This document shows positions 60,794 to 64,000 of a DNA stretch of 64,000 bases, piece by piece. Position 1 is the first letter of the stretch; every line of letters starts with the position of its first letter. The stretch comes from Candidatus Latescibacterota bacterium. GTDB lineage: Bacteria; Latescibacterota; UBA2968; UBA8231. The DNA lies in contig OZ252098.1 in the NCBI GenBank assembly GCA_965248355.1, positions 1,632,001 through 1,696,000 on the forward strand, in the 5' to 3' direction. Made by a program: the position numbers and the translations under genes. The notes beneath the pieces were generated by a model. It searched no databases, was not told the origin of the DNA, and saw only the letters and a program-made list of their open reading frames with translations.

Positions 60794-63700
60794 TTACCGG
60801 ATCAAGGCCATCTTGCGCACCAGGGCCTGCTCGCCCGCCACCAGGCGATAGAGGTACGTGCCGGAGGCCAACGGCCGCCCGCCTTCGTCGCGGGAGTCCC
60901 AGACCAGAGAATGGACCCCGGCTTCCAGGTAGTCGTCCCACAAGAGAGTGCTCACAGTCTGGCCGGTTATGTTGTAGATCGTGAGTGACACCGGACCGCC
61001 GGTGGGCAGGTTGAAGTAAATCGTCGTGCTCGGGTTGAATGGATTCGGCGCGGTGATCGCCACCAGCACCGAGTCCGGCAAGGCCGACAGGCCGGGGACC
61101 ACCGGCTTGTTGGCTGGGGTCGTCGCTGTGACGCTGGCCGCCGAGCCCGCACCCTGGCCGTTGACCGCACGCACCTCGAAGTTGTACTGAGTGCCACTGC
61201 TCAAGCCTGTGACCGTGCACTGCAGCGTGTCCCCCACACTCGTCCAACTCGACCAACTCCCCCAACTTCCGCTGCTGTAGCTCCTCTTGTGGTATTCGTA
61301 GCGAGTGATGGTTGAGCCGTTCGCACTCGCCGCTGTCCAACTCAACGTTACCTGAGCCCAGCTCGACGACGCCGACAGACTCCCCGGCGCACCCGGCACC
61401 CCCGCCGGACTCTTCGTGATGGTCGACGACGCACCGTTGCCCTGACCGTTCGTCGCACGGATCTGGAACGTATAGTAATAGCCGTTTGTCAACCCTGACA
61501 CCGTGTCCCGGCGGGCCGAGCTGCCCCCCGACGCACTCGACCAACTCGACCAGGACGCACCCGAAACATTCTGCTTATAACGAACACTGTAGCCCGTGAT
61601 CGAGGAACCGTTGCTCGACGCCGTACCCCAACTCAAGCGAACCGTGCCGCTGGCCACCGATCCCGAAAAACTCGGCGGCGCACCCGGCACCCCCGCCGGC
61701 GTCTTCGTGATGGTCGACAACGCACCGTTGCCCTGACCGTTCGTCGCACGGACCTGGAACGTATAGTAATAGCCGTTTGTCAACCCTGACACCGTGTCCC
61801 GGCGGGCCGAACCCCCACCCGAGGCAGTCGACCAACTGGACCACGCACCGTAGGGGCTCTGTCGATAACGAACACTGTAGCTCGTGATCGTCGAGCCGTT
61901 GCTCGACGCCGCACCCCAACTCAAGCGAACCGTGCCGCTGGCCACCGATCCCGAAAAACTCGGCGGCGCACCCGGCACCCCCGCCGGCGTCGCCGTCAGA
62001 CTCGACGACGCTCCGTCCCCCACACCGTTCGTCGCGCGGACCTCGAAAATATAGCTCGAACCGTTCGTCAATCCCGAGACCGTATCCCGGCGGGCCGAGC
62101 TTCCCCCCGACGCACTCGACCAACTCGACCAGGACACACCCGAAACATTCTGCTTATAACGAACACTGTAGCCCGTGATCGACGAACCGTTGCTCGACGC
62201 CGTACCCCAACTCAAGCGAACCGTGCCGCTGGCCACCGATCCCGAAAAACTCGGCGGCGCACCCGGCACCCCCGCCGGCGTCGCCGTCAGACTCGACGAC
62301 GCTCCGTTGCCCTGACCGTTCGTCGCACGGACCTCGAACGTATAGTAATAGCCGTTTGTCAACCCTGACACCGTGTCCCGGCGGGCCGAACCCCCACCCG
62401 AGGCAGTCGACCAACTGGACCACGCACCGTAGGGGCTCTGTCGATAACGAACACTGTAGCTCGTGATCGTCGAGCCGTTGCTCGACGCCGTACCCCAACT
62501 CAAACGAACCTCGCCGCTGGCCGCCGTCCCCGAAAGACTCGGCGCCCCCGGCACACCCGCCGGCGTCGCCGTCAGACTCGACGACGCTCCGTTGCCCACA
62601 CCGTTCGTCGCGCGGACCTCGAACGTATAGCTGCCACCGTTTGTCAACCCTGACACCGTGTCCGCTCGGGCCGAGCGGACACCCGACGCACTCGACCAAC
62701 TCGACCAACTCGCATCAGGAGCCTGCGGCGCATTGTTGTGATAACGAACACTGTACCCCGTGATCGACGAGCCGTTGCTCGACGCCGTACCCCAACTCAA
62801 ACGAATCTCGCCGCTGGCCGCCGTCCCCGAAAGACTCGGCGCCCCCGGCACACCCGCCGGCGTCGCCGTGATGCTCGACGACGAACCGTCCCCCACACCG
62901 TTCGTCGCGCGGACCTCGAACGTATAGCTGCCACCGTTTGTCAACCCTGACACCGTGTCCGCTCGGGCCGAGCCGCCACCCGACGCACTCGACCAACTCG
63001 ACCAACTCGCATCAGGAGCCTGCGGCGCATTGTTGTGATAACGAACACTGTACCCCGTGATCGACGAGCCGTTGCTCGACGCCGTACCCCAACTCAAACG
63101 AATCTCGCCGCTGGCCGCCGTCCCCGAAAGACTCGGCGCCCCCGGCACACCCGCCGGCGTCGCCGTGATGCTCGACGACGAACCGTCCCCCACACCGTTC
63201 GTCGCGCGGACCTCGAACGTATAGCTGCCACCGTTTGTCAACCCTGACACCGTGTCCGCTCGGGCCGAGCCGCCACCCGACGCACTCGACCAACTCGACC
63301 AACTCGCATCAGGAGCCTGCGGCGCATTGTTGTGATAACGAACACTGTACCCCGTGATCGACGAGCCGTTGCTCGACGCCGTACCCCAACTCAAACGAAC
63401 CTCGCCGCTGGAAACCGTCGCAGCCAAACTGTCCGGCGCATCCGGCACACCCGGCACCGTCACCGTGAGACTCGACGATGAACCGTCCCCCACACCGTTC
63501 GTCGCACGGACCCAGAACGTGTAGCTGGCACCGACCGCCAATACCGACACCGTGTCCGCTCGGGCCGAGCCGTCACCAGAAACACTTGACCAATCCCAAT
63601 CGACCAGACCCGCGTTCAAACGATGACGTACACTGTACCCCGTGATCGACGAACCGTTCGAGTCCGCCGCGGCCCAACTCAACGCCACCTTGCCACTGTC

Positions 63701-64000
63701 CACCGACGCCGAAAAACTCGGCGGCGGCAACGGCACCCCCGCCGGCGTCGCCGTGATGCTCGCAGGGAGACCGACTCCCACACCATTCGTCGCGCGGACC
63801 TCGAACTCGTAGCTGGCACCGTTCGTCAAGCCCGATACCGTGTCAACCCGGGCCGAGTTGCCACCCGCACTCGACCAACTCAAAAATGTCGAATCCGGAA
63901 CATTGCGCCGATAATGAACACTGTACCCCGTGATCCACGAACCGGTCGAGTCCGCCGCAGACCAACTCAACGCCACCTTGCCACTGGAAACCGTCGCAGC
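60794..64000 (-). CDS. Ser/Gly/Thr-rich FN3 tandem-repeat surface protein with C-terminal FlgD-Ig/T9SS-like domain (5' end outside the window)
   Basis: At least 10 FN3 units (LSW..A.SNGS.IT.YSVRY...GLTNG..Y.FEVRATN); ends APNPFNP...LASGTYLYRL...KMALIR*. Confidence 0.93.
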   Translation of the reverse strand, partial: AATVSSGKVALSWSAADSTGSWITGYSVHYRRNVPDSTFLSWSSAGGNSARVDTVSGLTNGASYEFEVRATNGVGVGLPASITATPAGVPLPPPSFSASVDSGKVALSWAAADSNGSSITGYSVRHRLNAGLVDWDWSSVSGDGSARADTVSVLAVGASYTFWVRATNGVGDGSSSSLTVTVPGVPDAPDSLAATVSSGEVRLSWGTASSNGSSITGYSVRYHNNAPQAPDASWSSWSSASGGGSARADTVSGLTNGGSYTFEVRATNGVGDGSSSSITATPAGVPGAPSLSGTAASGEIRLSWGTASSNGSSITGYSVRYHNNAPQAPDASWSSWSSASGGGSARADTVSGLTNGGSYTFEVRATNGVGDGSSSSITATPAGVPGAPSLSGTAASGEIRLSWGTASSNGSSITGYSVRYHNNAPQAPDASWSSWSSASGVRSARADTVSGLTNGGSYTFEVRATNGVGNGASSSLTATPAGVPGAPSLSGTAASGEVRLSWGTASSNGSTITSYSVRYRQSPYGAWSSWSTASGGGSARRDTVSGLTNGYYYTFEVRATNGQGNGASSSLTATPAGVPGAPPSFSGSVASGTVRLSWGTASSNGSSITGYSVRYKQNVSGVSWSSWSSASGGSSARRDTVSGLTNGSSYIFEVRATNGVGDGASSSLTATPAGVPGAPPSFSGSVASGTVRLSWGAASSNGSTITSYSVRYRQSPYGAWSSWSTASGGGSARRDTVSGLTNGYYYTFQVRATNGQGNGALSTITKTPAGVPGAPPSFSGSVASGTVRLSWGTASSNGSSITGYSVRYKQNVSGASWSSWSSASGGSSARRDTVSGLTNGYYYTFQIRATNGQGNGASSTITKSPAGVPGAPGSLSASSSWAQVTLSWTAASANGSTITRYEYHKRSYSSGSWGSWSSWTSVGDTLQCTVTGLSSGTQYNFEVRAVNGQGAGSAASVTATTPANKPVVPGLSALPDSVLVAITAPNPFNPSTTIYFNLPTGGPVSLTIYNITGQTVSTLLWDDYLEAGVHSLVWDSRDEGGRPLASGTYLYRLVAGEQALVRKMALIR
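61430..62510. repeat. Higher-order tandem repeat, period 579 nt (two FN3 units)
   Basis: For example CGAAACATTCTGCTTATAACGAACACTGTAGCCC at 61562 and 62141. Confidence 0.88.
62470..63411. repeat. Near-perfect tandem repeat, period 297 nt (one FN3 unit), about 3 copies
   Basis: ACGAGCCGTTGCTCGACGCCGTACCCCAACTCAAACG at 62767, 63064 and 63361; identical shadow ORFs 297 nt apart. Confidence 0.93.

Noticed and set aside
61430..63411. CRISPR array or non-coding repeat
   Set aside because: Periods of 297 and 579 nt are multiples of three, lie inside an open FN3 reading frame and have no unique spacers

Overview
A GC-rich bacterial chromosomal window. The FlgD-Ig/T9SS-like C-terminal domains, a WGxIK tail and the many YWTD, cadherin and FN3 proteins suggest an FCB-related lineage such as Latescibacterota or Gemmatimonadota, possibly a sponge symbiont (inference only). 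Contents in order: (1) a catabolic gene run at 1-5.7 kb; (2) a patch of pseudogene fragments around one intact lower-GC secreted gene at 5.7-8.0 kb; (3) a sigma-54 promoter with enhancer-like palindromes ahead of a ~2750-aa secreted protein made of two YWTD propellers, Ig/cadherin/FN3 repeats and a phosphohistidine + ATP-grasp dikinase module in the domain order of glucan,water dikinase; (4) an IS256 element without target duplication that joins this gene to the remnant of a different FN3/cadherin gene; (5) a coupled five-gene operon: two GT-C-type membrane proteins plus inactive helicase, UvrD helicase and Fe-S PD-(D/E)XK nuclease; (6) a divergent heptose-pathway operon; (7) a groESL with a sigma-54 promoter and a His-rich GroEL tail; (8) metabolic genes (S8 protease, folE, phhB, queE, fused IOR, ispG, aldolases); (9) a decayed SNF2-SWIM gene and a partial FN3 tandem-array gene at the right edge. 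No rRNA, tRNA or CRISPR array was recognised. All protein calls come from motif recognition by eye, not database searches.
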